From: Candidatus Azotimanducaceae bacterium
Lineage (GTDB): Bacteria; Pseudomonadota; Gammaproteobacteria; Pseudomonadales; Azotimanducaceae
Assembly: GCA_965203735.1 (NCBI GenBank)
Contig: OZ241909.1
Location: 2,539,809-2,603,808, forward strand
Direction: 5' to 3'
DNA: 64,000 bases
Below are positions 28,482-37,768 of this stretch, piece by piece (the stretch's first letter is position 1; each line of letters begins with the position of its first letter). The notes under the pieces were generated by a model. That model saw only the letters and a list, made by a program, of their open reading frames with translations. It was not told the origin of the DNA and did no database searches. Position numbers and translations under genes: made by a program.

Positions 28482-29654
28482 CTACTCTGACATAGGAATG
28501 AGCGAAACGTTTCCAATTTCCTTGAGAGGAAGTGCCGTAATAGACTCCGTCATGGCGAATTGTTGATTCCCTGGGTAAACAACCCAAAGGTGTTCAAGTT
28601 CTAAGTCCTTGAGTACTACATGCATCGACTTCGTAGTTTTTGGTGCGTCCGTGCACTTAAACTCAAAACCCCACTGGCGTCCGTTGCGGAGCAGTAGTAG
28701 ATCGAGTTCAGCACCACGTTGAGTTCGATAGAAGAATGCGTCTCGCGACCCATGGATGATCAATGTCTGCTCGATTGCAAATCCTTCCCAACTCGCACCA
28801 TACCGAAGATGCATTGCCAATTCCGATTGAGACCGAATACCCAACAAGAAGTGCAGGATTCCGCTGTCTCGCAGGTACACCTTAGGACTCTTGATCAGAC
28901 GTTTGCCCAGATTCGCAAACCATGGCTGCAATACTCGAATCATGAAGGATCCTTCCAGCAAGTCTCGGTATCGGTCGACTTCGCGAACGGTTAGATCCAC
29001 AGATCGAGCAAGTTCTGATGCATTCCAAACTTGACCGTGAGAGTGCGCGAGCATTCGCCAGAAACGACCGATAGCAACGGGTGAAATTCGTGCTGCCAAC
29101 ATCGGTATGTCTCGCTCCAGAAAAGTCTGGGAAAAAGATTGAGTCCACCGATGCCAGGCGTTCTCGCCTCGGGCCAAGCAAGCTCGTGGAAGCCCTCCTC
29201 GCATCCAAAGATTGATTTGATTCTCCGATCCGACCTCTTGCAGAGAAAACCCACTAACTTCAACAAATTGAATGCGTCCTGCCAGAGATTCGGACACACC
29301 TTGGATTAAGTCTGGTGACGCGCTACCTAGTAGGAGGAACTGAGCTTTCCTATTGAGATCATCACAAATGGGTCTGAGCACACTAAACAATTGAGGCATT
29401 CGTTGAACTTCATCGATAACAACTAGCCCTTCCGCGCTTCGCAACAGAGTCTCTGGCGTTGTGGAGAGTGCTTCGTATGCAGCAGCTGTTTCTAAGTCGA
29501 AAAGTATGGAGTGTCCACCCCATGCGTTCGTATACTGACGAGCAAGAGTGGTTTTTCCTACTTGGCGTGCTCCTAGTATTGCAACGACAGGAGACTCGCG
29601 TAACCCCTGACCTACTGCTGACAATAGTCTGGGGCGATCAATAAGTCTGTACAT
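28482..29654 (-). CDS. AAA+ ATPase with C-terminal DUF4143/PD-(D/E)xK-like region (COG1373 type)
   Basis: Walker A is ILGARQVGKTTLA and Walker B is LVVIDEVQ. The C-terminal AELDLLLL...WGFEFKC resembles a D...ExK nuclease core. Confidence 0.8.
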   Translation of the reverse strand: MYRLIDRPRLLSAVGQGLRESPVVAILGARQVGKTTLARQYTNAWGGHSILFDLETAAAYEALSTTPETLLRSAEGLVVIDEVQRMPQLFSVLRPICDDLNRKAQFLLLGSASPDLIQGVSESLAGRIQFVEVSGFSLQEVGSENQINLWMRGGLPRACLARGENAWHRWTQSFSQTFLERDIPMLAARISPVAIGRFWRMLAHSHGQVWNASELARSVDLTVREVDRYRDLLEGSFMIRVLQPWFANLGKRLIKSPKVYLRDSGILHFLLGIRSQSELAMHLRYGASWEGFAIEQTLIIHGSRDAFFYRTQRGAELDLLLLRNGRQWGFEFKCTDAPKTTKSMHVVLKDLELEHLWVVYPGNQQFAMTESITALPLKEIGNVSLIPMSE

Positions 29655-29701
29655 TTATTGTAGGTTATTCTATAATAAATGTATAAATAACTACAATAAA
29701 T
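29653..29701. promoter_or_regulatory. AT-rich inverted repeat (candidate operator/promoter) overlapping the ATPase start codon
   Basis: The left arm is ATTTATTGTAGGTTATT (29653-29669). The right arm is AATAACTACAATAAAT (29686-29701). The arms are complementary 16/17, with one extra G in the left arm. The 16-nt spacer contains TATAAT-like sequence. Confidence 0.4.
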
Positions 29702-29830
29702 GGCATGCAAACAATGCACACTTGACCATAGATCGTGTAGGCAATACCGAGCCAACGATGGGTTTGCAGGATCATCTACTGACTTAGGCTTTTCTTTTTA
29801 TAGGTCAACTCACGTGACCGTACTTCCGAA

Positions 29831-30637
29831 CTAGGATCCAGTGGACGCATAGTGTCGGACCCCAAAGTTCCAGAAAACCAATGAGAGTCCGAAGAACGCA
29901 ATTCCTGCGAATGGAGCTAAGAGCTGAAAGACTAGACCGCTCCCAAGAGGATCCTCGACCCCCAACACACCAACGATGGGGAAATAGGCAACGCACCCCA
30001 ATGGAATCACGTACGTGAAGAATGTGCGAAACCAATCTCTGTAGATCGATAGGGGATACTGGCATGCTTCCACTCCACCGTAAACAAACACGTTCATGAC
30101 TTCTAGCGACTCAGTGCTCCAAAAACTCAGGGTTGCCTGAAAAATCATCAAACCGTAGAAGAAAAAGAACATGCCAGCAAATGCTAGGAACAGCATGCAC
30201 AGCTGAATCACTGACCAATCTAGATCGAGCACTACTGCTCCATAGACAAACACCAAAGCGCCTTGCAGAAATCGTCCAACACGATGCAATGGAAAGTCCC
30301 GACCTGCGATTTGAAAGGCCGTGGAACGTGGTCGCAACAGAATTCGGTCGAAGTCTCCCGACTTAACCATCGTGGCGCCAAACGAATCGAACCCTCTACT
30401 GAAAGTGTCTGCAACAGCAAACGCCATGTTCACGCTACCGTAAAAAACGGCCACATGAGCAAGAGACCATATGCCGAGTGATCCAAACCGATCAAATAGA
30501 GCCCAAATGCCCAACACTTCGACACCGGTTGTGAAGAAATGCCCCGATGCATAAAGAACGAACGATCCTCGATACTGCATCTGACTTCTCACACTAATCG
30601 CAAGGTACTTTGCGAACAGACTGATCGCTGCGTTCAT
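29831..30637 (-). CDS. ABC-2 type transporter permease (second permease of three-gene system)
   Basis: 268 aa with six hydrophobic segments. Its start overlaps the upstream permease stop by 4 nt. It resembles the COG3694-type uncharacterised ABC permeases. Confidence 0.6.
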   Translation of the reverse strand: MNAAISLFAKYLAISVRSQMQYRGSFVLYASGHFFTTGVEVLGIWALFDRFGSLGIWSLAHVAVFYGSVNMAFAVADTFSRGFDSFGATMVKSGDFDRILLRPRSTAFQIAGRDFPLHRVGRFLQGALVFVYGAVVLDLDWSVIQLCMLFLAFAGMFFFFYGLMIFQATLSFWSTESLEVMNVFVYGGVEACQYPLSIYRDWFRTFFTYVIPLGCVAYFPIVGVLGVEDPLGSGLVFQLLAPFAGIAFFGLSLVFWNFGVRHYASTGS

Positions 30638-31464
30638 CCGCCTTGTACCGTGAGCTTCACTTGTGCCTTATGCATGAGCCAAACTCCAATAAGAACCAAA
30701 ATGACAATCCACACAAACTGAAAGGCCAATTCACCAACGACATGGATGCCGGCAATGTCTCCTGAGTAGATTCGAAATGGAATGTCGCACAGCCCCCGAA
30801 ATGGTTGCCAGCTCAAGAACGGTTGCGCCCAGTCAGGAAACAAAGGCAAGGGAATGATCATGCCTCCAAAGACCCAGACGACTCCGGCGGTTAAGTTCAC
30901 CATTCCGCGGGAATCGATAAGCCAAAACAATGAGATATTTACGAGCATCAGAATCGACACGGATAGAACGACAGTCAAGACGATCGACAAGAGAAATGAG
31001 AACGCTGCAACAATCGACACTGGCGGAGGCATCACCCACTCATCCAATCCGATTAGTCGCAACACTACAAAGGCAAAGAACAGTCCCGGTACGACCCGTA
31101 ATGCCGTGGGTGCAGTTCGAAATGCAACGGTTCGAGAGAACCAAAATCCATAGAGACTAAGCGGACGTAGTAAATCGTATGCAACCGATCCCGAATCGAA
31201 CATTGCACGCATATCCGGATCAACGTTATAAGGAAAGAGTGCGAACAGGCATTGACCTAACCATATATAGACAACCACTGCTTCAAAAGACATGGGTGGT
31301 TGATCCTGTGCAACTTCATAGAACGCACCCAGGACCATGAGCTTCATGAGTCCCCAAAACACTTGTGTAACGATGCCGGCAATTGCAGCAGTTCGATATT
31401 GCAGAAGCGTTCTGAAGCGCGTTGAGACGACGGCTATATAGCTTTTGAATGCGAGGACGGTCAA
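30634..31464 (-). CDS. ABC-2 type transporter permease (first permease)
   Basis: 276 aa and polytopic. The start is directly adjacent to the ATPase stop (31465). It resembles COG4587-type permeases. Confidence 0.6.
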   Translation of the reverse strand: MTVLAFKSYIAVVSTRFRTLLQYRTAAIAGIVTQVFWGLMKLMVLGAFYEVAQDQPPMSFEAVVVYIWLGQCLFALFPYNVDPDMRAMFDSGSVAYDLLRPLSLYGFWFSRTVAFRTAPTALRVVPGLFFAFVVLRLIGLDEWVMPPPVSIVAAFSFLLSIVLTVVLSVSILMLVNISLFWLIDSRGMVNLTAGVVWVFGGMIIPLPLFPDWAQPFLSWQPFRGLCDIPFRIYSGDIAGIHVVGELAFQFVWIVILVLIGVWLMHKAQVKLTVQGG

Positions 31465-32469
31465 TTACTTACTGTTGCTTTGGTACAACTCGGTTACAAC
31501 TCTCTCAATGGGCGGAGTTTCAATTGTGATGTCCGTAATCTCGTAACGTGATGTCATTTGAGCCACAAAATCGGAAATATCAGACGTGCACAGAAAGGTA
31601 ATGCGTGAGCCCTCCGATTCCAATACATAGTCACGATGAGTAGGTTCGAGACGTGGCGAGCTCTCGAAGTCGATGACCACATGCTTTTCGTGAACGTATT
31701 GATTACGCAACTCATCAATGGAACTGTCCGATAGACAGATCCCGTCGTTAATCACTATTACTCTGCGGCATAGCGCTTCAATGTCACCTAAGTCATGAGT
31801 GGTAAGGAGAACTGTCACATCTCGATTTTGATTGACTTCCTGGATGAACGACCGAACGCTTGCTTTTGTCACAGCATCGAGACCAATGGTTGGTTCGTCG
31901 AGAAAGAGAATCGAAGGTTTGTGAAGAAGGGCTGAAGCTATATCGCACTTCACCCTCTGTCCCAGGCTCAGTTGTCTTACCGGAATATCGAACAACGGTC
32001 GTAGATCCAAGAGCTCACTAAGTTCTCCAAGCGAAGTCTCGTATTTGTCCGCAGGTATCTTGTAGATTTCGCAAAGCAGTTCGAAGGACTCGATTACAGG
32101 CAAATCCCACCATAGCTGGGTTCGCTGCCCAAACACCACTCCGATCTGAGACACGTAGCTAATGCGGCTTTGCCATGGAACTACGCCGTTCACTTCACAA
32201 CAACCACTACTAGGCACCAATATGCCTGAGAGAATCTTGATCGTTGTGGACTTGCCAGCTCCGTTGGGTCCTATATACCCAACCATTTCTCCGCGTGAAA
32301 TGTCAAAGCTCACCCCGCGCAATGCCTCAACATCACGGTAGGTCCGATGAAACAAGCTCTTGACAGCTCCAAGCATCCCGGGCTGTCGTTCAGCAATTCG
32401 ATAGGATTTGGTGAGTCCCTGAACGTGGATGTGGTGCATGTAATTGGAACCCATGTTCAGTCGGCTCAA
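31465..32469 (-). CDS. ABC transporter ATP-binding protein of the ABC-2 system
   Basis: Walker A is GPNGAGKSTT, the signature is LSLGQRVK and Walker B is ILFLDEPTIGLD. The likely true start is ATG 32439 (MHHIHVQGLTKSY); the six-frame ORF begins at TTG 32469. Confidence 0.85.
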   Translation of the reverse strand: MSRLNMGSNYMHHIHVQGLTKSYRIAERQPGMLGAVKSLFHRTYRDVEALRGVSFDISRGEMVGYIGPNGAGKSTTIKILSGILVPSSGCCEVNGVVPWQSRISYVSQIGVVFGQRTQLWWDLPVIESFELLCEIYKIPADKYETSLGELSELLDLRPLFDIPVRQLSLGQRVKCDIASALLHKPSILFLDEPTIGLDAVTKASVRSFIQEVNQNRDVTVLLTTHDLGDIEALCRRVIVINDGICLSDSSIDELRNQYVHEKHVVIDFESSPRLEPTHRDYVLESEGSRITFLCTSDISDFVAQMTSRYEITDITIETPPIERVVTELYQSNSK

Positions 32470-32681
32470 ATTTTAGGCAACGGTGTGTTTATGCGCCAGA
32501 GAGATTCGGTTCGGCGCAATGAGCCTTTAGAGTTAGAAACTCGGAGTCAGTTCAAGAATGAAGATTGCTCCGAACGTCCGTATTGGAGAATGAAAAGTGC
32601 GGATGCCGCCGTTTAATTGCGACACCCGCACCTCTACTAGCTGACTAGCTCAAGCAAGGATTGAGCCGCCCAGTTGTCGGT

Positions 32682-34376
32682 CTAGTTCCGAATAAAGTCT
32701 CGAATAACCTCGCCAGGACGATTGCCAGTGTACTGGCCGTCTTGAATGACGACTTGTCCTGCGACGATCGTCGCATCGTAGCCTTCACTCTTCGTGACAA
32801 TACGACCGCCATTGTGAGGAAAGTCCCTCACATACTCGGGATGGCACGACTTGAGATTCTCGTAGTCAATGACGTTGATATCCGCATACCAACCTTCTTT
32901 GAGATTTCCGCGCTTCTTTAGACCAAGAACCTCGGCCGATTTGCCCGTGATGCGATGAACAGCTTCGGGCAAGCTGTAGACATTGCGATCTCGGGTCAAC
33001 TCACCAAGCAGGAATGTTGGAGAGTCCGCATCAGTGAACTGTCCGACGTGAGCACCAGCATCGCCAAGCATCGGAACGACATGTGGCAGACGCATGTAGT
33101 TCCATTGGTTCTCAAGCGCACCACCAAATGCCCAAAGATTCCAAAACTCTCTTCCCTCTGAAGCGATCAATCGATCAACATACACATCAACCGGATCCTG
33201 TCCCAGATCATCAGCAAGCTTTTGCAGATTACGTTCGTTGTTCAAGTCGAAGTCTGGGTACTCGTCGGTTCCCATTGGATGCAGAATGTTCGCAACGCGC
33301 CCAAAACCTCCAGCCTCTTTGGCTTCATCAACCAATTTCTTGCGGGTGGCAGGATCTTTCAACGCATCGACGCGATCCTTGATCGTCGGCAATTTCATGA
33401 GTTCTCGCCAACTCTCGGTTCGCAGATAAGCTTGCTGTGCGAGTCCAAAGAAGGAGCCACTTGGTCGCGTGTGGCAGATAGATGTTATGCGTCTACCCGC
33501 TTCATTATTTCGACCGAGAAATTCCTCCCAATAGGAAACTCCTCCATCGCCTTGAGGGCCTGTACCTCCAGAGAAAAGCACTTGGCAGCCTAGTTCCGCA
33601 CCGGTCTCGAACATTTCACGTTCAATCTTGGAGCGAGATTGCATGTCAGGAGCAACTTGGAATAGTCCACCTCTTCCGCCAGCTTCCACAACTGCTTTCT
33701 GGATTGCGCTTGTTTCTCTTGCATCTGCCCATGTTCCAGGAGTCAATCGTCCGTCGGGAACGCGATGTCCCAAGAATCGCGAGGACGAAAAGCCTACCGC
33801 TCCACCTTCTACCGATTCCTTGACGAGTTCGACGATACGAGCGAGTTCTTCTTCCGTTGCCTGGACTCCTTCGTCGCAACTCTTGTCGCCCATTGCCTCG
33901 AATCGTATTGCTGAATGACCGCACATTCCTACGACATTCAAAGTAGGATTGAGGGATTGAACCGTGTCTAGGTACTCACCAAAACTGGTCCAATTCCAGG
34001 GAAGTCCGTCCATGATCGCATTGGCGGCGATGTCTTCGACTGCTTCCATCAATTCTGCTAAGTAACGTCTGTTTTCCGGTCCGCAGGGAGCGAACGTTAC
34101 TCCGCAGTTTCCAATTAATGCTGTTGTCACACCGTGATAGGAACTTGGTTTCATCTCGGGATCCCAACCGATCTGAGCGTCCAGGTGTGTGTGAAGATCG
34201 ACAAATCCCGGTGTCACAAGCTTGCCAGTAGCATCAATCGTTTGGTCTGCTGTCTCTTGAGAGAGATCGCCGATACTTGTGATGTAGCCGTCGTCAACTG
34301 CTACATCTGCCTTCTTGGTTTCCGCGCCAGTGCCGTCGACAACCGTGCCTCCGGAAATTATCAGTGAATGACTCAT
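32682..34376 (-). CDS. N-acyl-D-amino-acid deacylase (D-aminoacylase) family amidohydrolase
   Basis: The N-terminus is IISGGTVVDGTG...VTPGFVDLHTHLD. At 564 aa it has a typical amidohydrolase_3 layout. Confidence 0.7.
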   Translation of the reverse strand: MSHSLIISGGTVVDGTGAETKKADVAVDDGYITSIGDLSQETADQTIDATGKLVTPGFVDLHTHLDAQIGWDPEMKPSSYHGVTTALIGNCGVTFAPCGPENRRYLAELMEAVEDIAANAIMDGLPWNWTSFGEYLDTVQSLNPTLNVVGMCGHSAIRFEAMGDKSCDEGVQATEEELARIVELVKESVEGGAVGFSSSRFLGHRVPDGRLTPGTWADARETSAIQKAVVEAGGRGGLFQVAPDMQSRSKIEREMFETGAELGCQVLFSGGTGPQGDGGVSYWEEFLGRNNEAGRRITSICHTRPSGSFFGLAQQAYLRTESWRELMKLPTIKDRVDALKDPATRKKLVDEAKEAGGFGRVANILHPMGTDEYPDFDLNNERNLQKLADDLGQDPVDVYVDRLIASEGREFWNLWAFGGALENQWNYMRLPHVVPMLGDAGAHVGQFTDADSPTFLLGELTRDRNVYSLPEAVHRITGKSAEVLGLKKRGNLKEGWYADINVIDYENLKSCHPEYVRDFPHNGGRIVTKSEGYDATIVAGQVVIQDGQYTGNRPGEVIRDFIRN

Positions 34377-34511
34377 ACAAGTCCTTTAGGTTGCAATAGT
34401 GTGCAAAGCATACTCGAATTGGCTTTGGAGTCGCTTGTTCGAATGACCGCTCAGCGAGAGGCGAGTGGTTGAGCTAAACGGAAGTGTTAGATTTTGAGGT
34501 CGCCAAAGTGG

Positions 34512-35276
34512 TTAGCCTGCGGCTCTTGCGGCCTCCTCACGCGCAGCCCTAACCTTCTCATTTGTCTGGTTGAAGAGGATTTCGCGACGTTTCTTTTCCT
34601 CTTCAGCCGTAAGTTCCTTCTGTCCCAAGTCTCGACCTACATGGTAGCCCTTGTAACAAGCAGGTCTTTGGTGGATCAAGTCCACCCAACGCTTCAAGTT
34701 TGGGAAGGTTTCCCATGCGGACTCATCGAGCATCCGTCCTATCAGTCGCGCCCAAGGCCAGGAAACCATGTCAGCGATTGTGAACTCACTTCCTGCCAAG
34801 AACTCATTAACAGAAAGTTGAGCATCCATGACACCAGATAGTCGATCTACCTCCCCAACAAATCGCTTGACACCATACTCGAGCTGAGAAGGATCCGACG
34901 CAATGTTGCGACCATAGTTCTTGAAGTGATTGGCATTGCCCATCATCGGTCCTAAATTCGCCATCTGCCAGTGAACCCACTGGAGAACCCTCGCACGCTC
35001 TCGGGGTTCTTGAGGCAGAAACCTACCTACTTTGTCGGCGAGGTACTCCAAGATTGCTCCTGACTCAAACACGGAAATGGGATCCCCTCCGTCCGCAGGT
35101 TCGTGGTCAATGATTGCTGGCATTCGGTTGTTGGGACTAATGCGAAGAAAGTCAGGTTTGAACTGGTCTCCTCCACCAATGTCAATCGGAACAATTTTGT
35201 AGGGGAGTTCACACTCTTCAAGCATGATAGTGACCTTCCAGCCGTTTGGGGTTGGCCAATAGAACAGATCAATCAC
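34512..35276 (-). CDS. yfcG: Nu-class glutathione S-transferase, YfcG-like
   Basis: The N-terminus MIDLFYWPTPNGWKVTIMLEE...QFKPDFLRISPNNRMPAIIDH...GGDPISVFESGAILEYLA closely follows the E. coli YfcG sequence as I recall it. Confidence 0.75.
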   Translation of the reverse strand: MIDLFYWPTPNGWKVTIMLEECELPYKIVPIDIGGGDQFKPDFLRISPNNRMPAIIDHEPADGGDPISVFESGAILEYLADKVGRFLPQEPRERARVLQWVHWQMANLGPMMGNANHFKNYGRNIASDPSQLEYGVKRFVGEVDRLSGVMDAQLSVNEFLAGSEFTIADMVSWPWARLIGRMLDESAWETFPNLKRWVDLIHQRPACYKGYHVGRDLGQKELTAEEEKKRREILFNQTNEKVRAAREEAARAAG

Positions 35277-35539
35277 AACGATTCCTCGCGGTACATACGA
35301 CAGGTTTGTCCTTCATTTTACTTTCCCGTCTTTAGGTGAACTTTGGTACACGGCGTGAGTATGAAACCGATTCGAAGGAAGATTCCCGTAGTTGCAACAA
35401 CAGTCTACTCTCCCGAATTCCACCTTAAAGTCTGGGTCGTGGCGAGCTGTTCGACACACAAATCTAACAAATAGGAATCAGTTCACTCGAGGCGAAATCC
35501 TCATAAAATTGAAAGAAGTATCCATTTGATGAAACAGTT

Positions 35540-37477
35540 GTGAAAGAGAAAGGCGACGTAGAAAAGTCTTGGAACATCACCAAGTTCGAAAGAATCTCTC
35601 CAGACAATCAACGTTCTTTTGCAGACATTCTCGAGACTGCCGTGGCGCGTCGTTCGGTTTTGCGCGGAGGAGTCGGTCTAGCGGCAATTGGCATCTTCGG
35701 CAAACCATTGGGTTTACGTGCCCAAGACAACGGCGATCCCGATGAGAGCACGACTCCCCTAATCGATTTCGAAGCAATCACGGTTGAAAGAGCTGCAAGT
35801 CAAACAAACTGGCCGCTAGTTTCCGAAGACTACGAGTTTGATCTCATCTTTCCATGGGGAGAACCGATCCAACCGGACGGTCCCGTGTTTTCTCACCCGC
35901 CATCTGCAGATGATCAAGAGCTGCAGATCGGCATTGGACACGATGGAATGTGGTTCTTTGCACATCCTGACGACATTCCATCCGACGACGACGATTCGGA
36001 GGACGACTCCACAGGCACAACCGAAGATGTGGACGAGACCGACCCACCGATGAATCGACGAGGTGTACTAGTCATCAATCACGAGTACGGAAGTAATTCG
36101 CGTGTAATCGACGCGAATTCGCCTGGCTCGCTTGAAGAAGTAAGAGCGTCGCAACATGCTCATGGTGTTTCGATATTGAACGTAGAGAAAATTGATGGCA
36201 AGTGGCAGATTGTCGAGGGCGAGAAAGCTCGACGGATTCACGTAAACACGCCAGTCACTTTTTCCGGACCAGCAGCCGATCACTCATTGCTCAAGAACAG
36301 GGACGAGTACGAACCCAAAGGCACTTTAAATAACTGTGCTAACGGATTCACACCATGGGGTACATACTTGACCTGCGAGGAAAACTTTCACCAGTACTTT
36401 AGTGAAACGCCCTACAGTGAGGAAAACTGGCGCTACGGACTGACGTATTCAGCGGGCGACGGGTATGGTTGGTTTAGGCGTGACGCCCGCTTTAGGCTGT
36501 CAAGCTTTAACTATCCCAACGAAGGCAATAGATTTGGTTGGGTGGTAGAGATTGATCCTCACGATCCAGAACATGTGCCCGTCAAACACACAGCCCTTGG
36601 TCGATTTCGTCATGAAGGAGCGGCTGTAGCAGTTGGAATGGACGACAGAATCGTGGTGTACATGGGTGACGACAGTGGCGACGAGTACATCTACAAGTTT
36701 GTGAGTGCCGAGAGCTACACAGACATGATGGAACGGGAGGAGTCTCCTTTTGCTACAGGACAGCTCTACGTTGCCAAATTTAATGATGACTTCACCGGTG
36801 AGTGGGTACCTCTGACATTGGACAACGACGAACTGGCAGATCGTTTCGACGACGAGGCTGATCTACTCGTTCACGCAAGAATTGCCGGAGACATCGTCGG
36901 GGCAACAAAAATGGACAGACCCGAGTGGATTACAGTTGGGCCCGATGAAAACGTCTACGGAACACTTACAAGCAATTCTTCAAAAACGGGAACAAACGCT
37001 GCAAATCCTGAATCGCCCAATAATTTTGGACACATCCTTAAGTGGAAGGATGCCGATACACACACTGGCACAACCTTCGAGTGGGAAGTGTGGAAGTTAG
37101 CAAGCTCCACTCAAGACACTGAAGAGATGTTTGGCAATCCCGACGGATTGTATGCAGACCCTGACGGCAGACTATTCATACAAACAGACGGTTCACAAGG
37201 GGACGGTGAGCGGTCGATCTGCAATCAACTATTGGTCGCCGACGCTTCCACTGGGGAAATTCACAGATTGTTCACTGGAGTAGAAGACTGTGAGATTACT
37301 GGTATTGCATTCACGCCTGATCACAAGACGATGTTCATCAATATTCAGCACCCGGGTTGGGACAATTTCGAGACCGCTTTAAATACGCAAGAGTTTCCAG
37401 GCATCGAAGGTCCGAATGTGCCACGAGACTGTACTGTAGTCATTACTAGGAAAGACGGCGGAGTCGTTGGTTCGTAG
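35540..37477 (+). CDS. phoX: PhoX-type alkaline phosphatase (DUF839), Tat-exported
   Basis: The twin-arginine signal is ARRSVLRGGVGLAAIG. The beta-propeller PhoX stretches include RPEWITVGPDENVYGTLTSN and NPDGLYADPDGRLFIQTDG. GTG start. Confidence 0.85.
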   Translation: MKEKGDVEKSWNITKFERISPDNQRSFADILETAVARRSVLRGGVGLAAIGIFGKPLGLRAQDNGDPDESTTPLIDFEAITVERAASQTNWPLVSEDYEFDLIFPWGEPIQPDGPVFSHPPSADDQELQIGIGHDGMWFFAHPDDIPSDDDDSEDDSTGTTEDVDETDPPMNRRGVLVINHEYGSNSRVIDANSPGSLEEVRASQHAHGVSILNVEKIDGKWQIVEGEKARRIHVNTPVTFSGPAADHSLLKNRDEYEPKGTLNNCANGFTPWGTYLTCEENFHQYFSETPYSEENWRYGLTYSAGDGYGWFRRDARFRLSSFNYPNEGNRFGWVVEIDPHDPEHVPVKHTALGRFRHEGAAVAVGMDDRIVVYMGDDSGDEYIYKFVSAESYTDMMEREESPFATGQLYVAKFNDDFTGEWVPLTLDNDELADRFDDEADLLVHARIAGDIVGATKMDRPEWITVGPDENVYGTLTSNSSKTGTNAANPESPNNFGHILKWKDADTHTGTTFEWEVWKLASSTQDTEEMFGNPDGLYADPDGRLFIQTDGSQGDGERSICNQLLVADASTGEIHRLFTGVEDCEITGIAFTPDHKTMFINIQHPGWDNFETALNTQEFPGIEGPNVPRDCTVVITRKDGGVVGS

Positions 37478-37768
37478 GTGAGCCCATGAATTCTTGTGCA
37501 CCAAGTTTCTGGAATGGTGCAGAGAAGAAATCTCAATTTCCCTTGCCGCATCAAGACACCAGAGTCAACGTACACCGATGTGTGTCAGATCCGAGTATGG
37601 AATTTGAGAGCAGACAAGAGACAACAATTCTGGCAAGAAGTGACCATGAAGTATGCCCTACTCTGAGCTTGGTCACCAAGAACTAAACTAGATCTCAAGA
37701 GTATTTGTAAACACAGTTTCTTGTACGATAATTATTGACAGATCGTGATCCACGGGAGGGGAGGAATC

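Noticed and set aside
37478-37744. 267-bp gap after phoX with a 66-codon ORF (37486..37686) and two 7-bp inverted repeats (TGCACCA/TGGTGCA, GTGACCA/TGGTCAC).
   Set aside because: The ORF lacks start context and protein-like composition. The stems are short with no U-tract. This is ordinary spacer/promoter DNA for the downstream hydrolase as far as I can tell.
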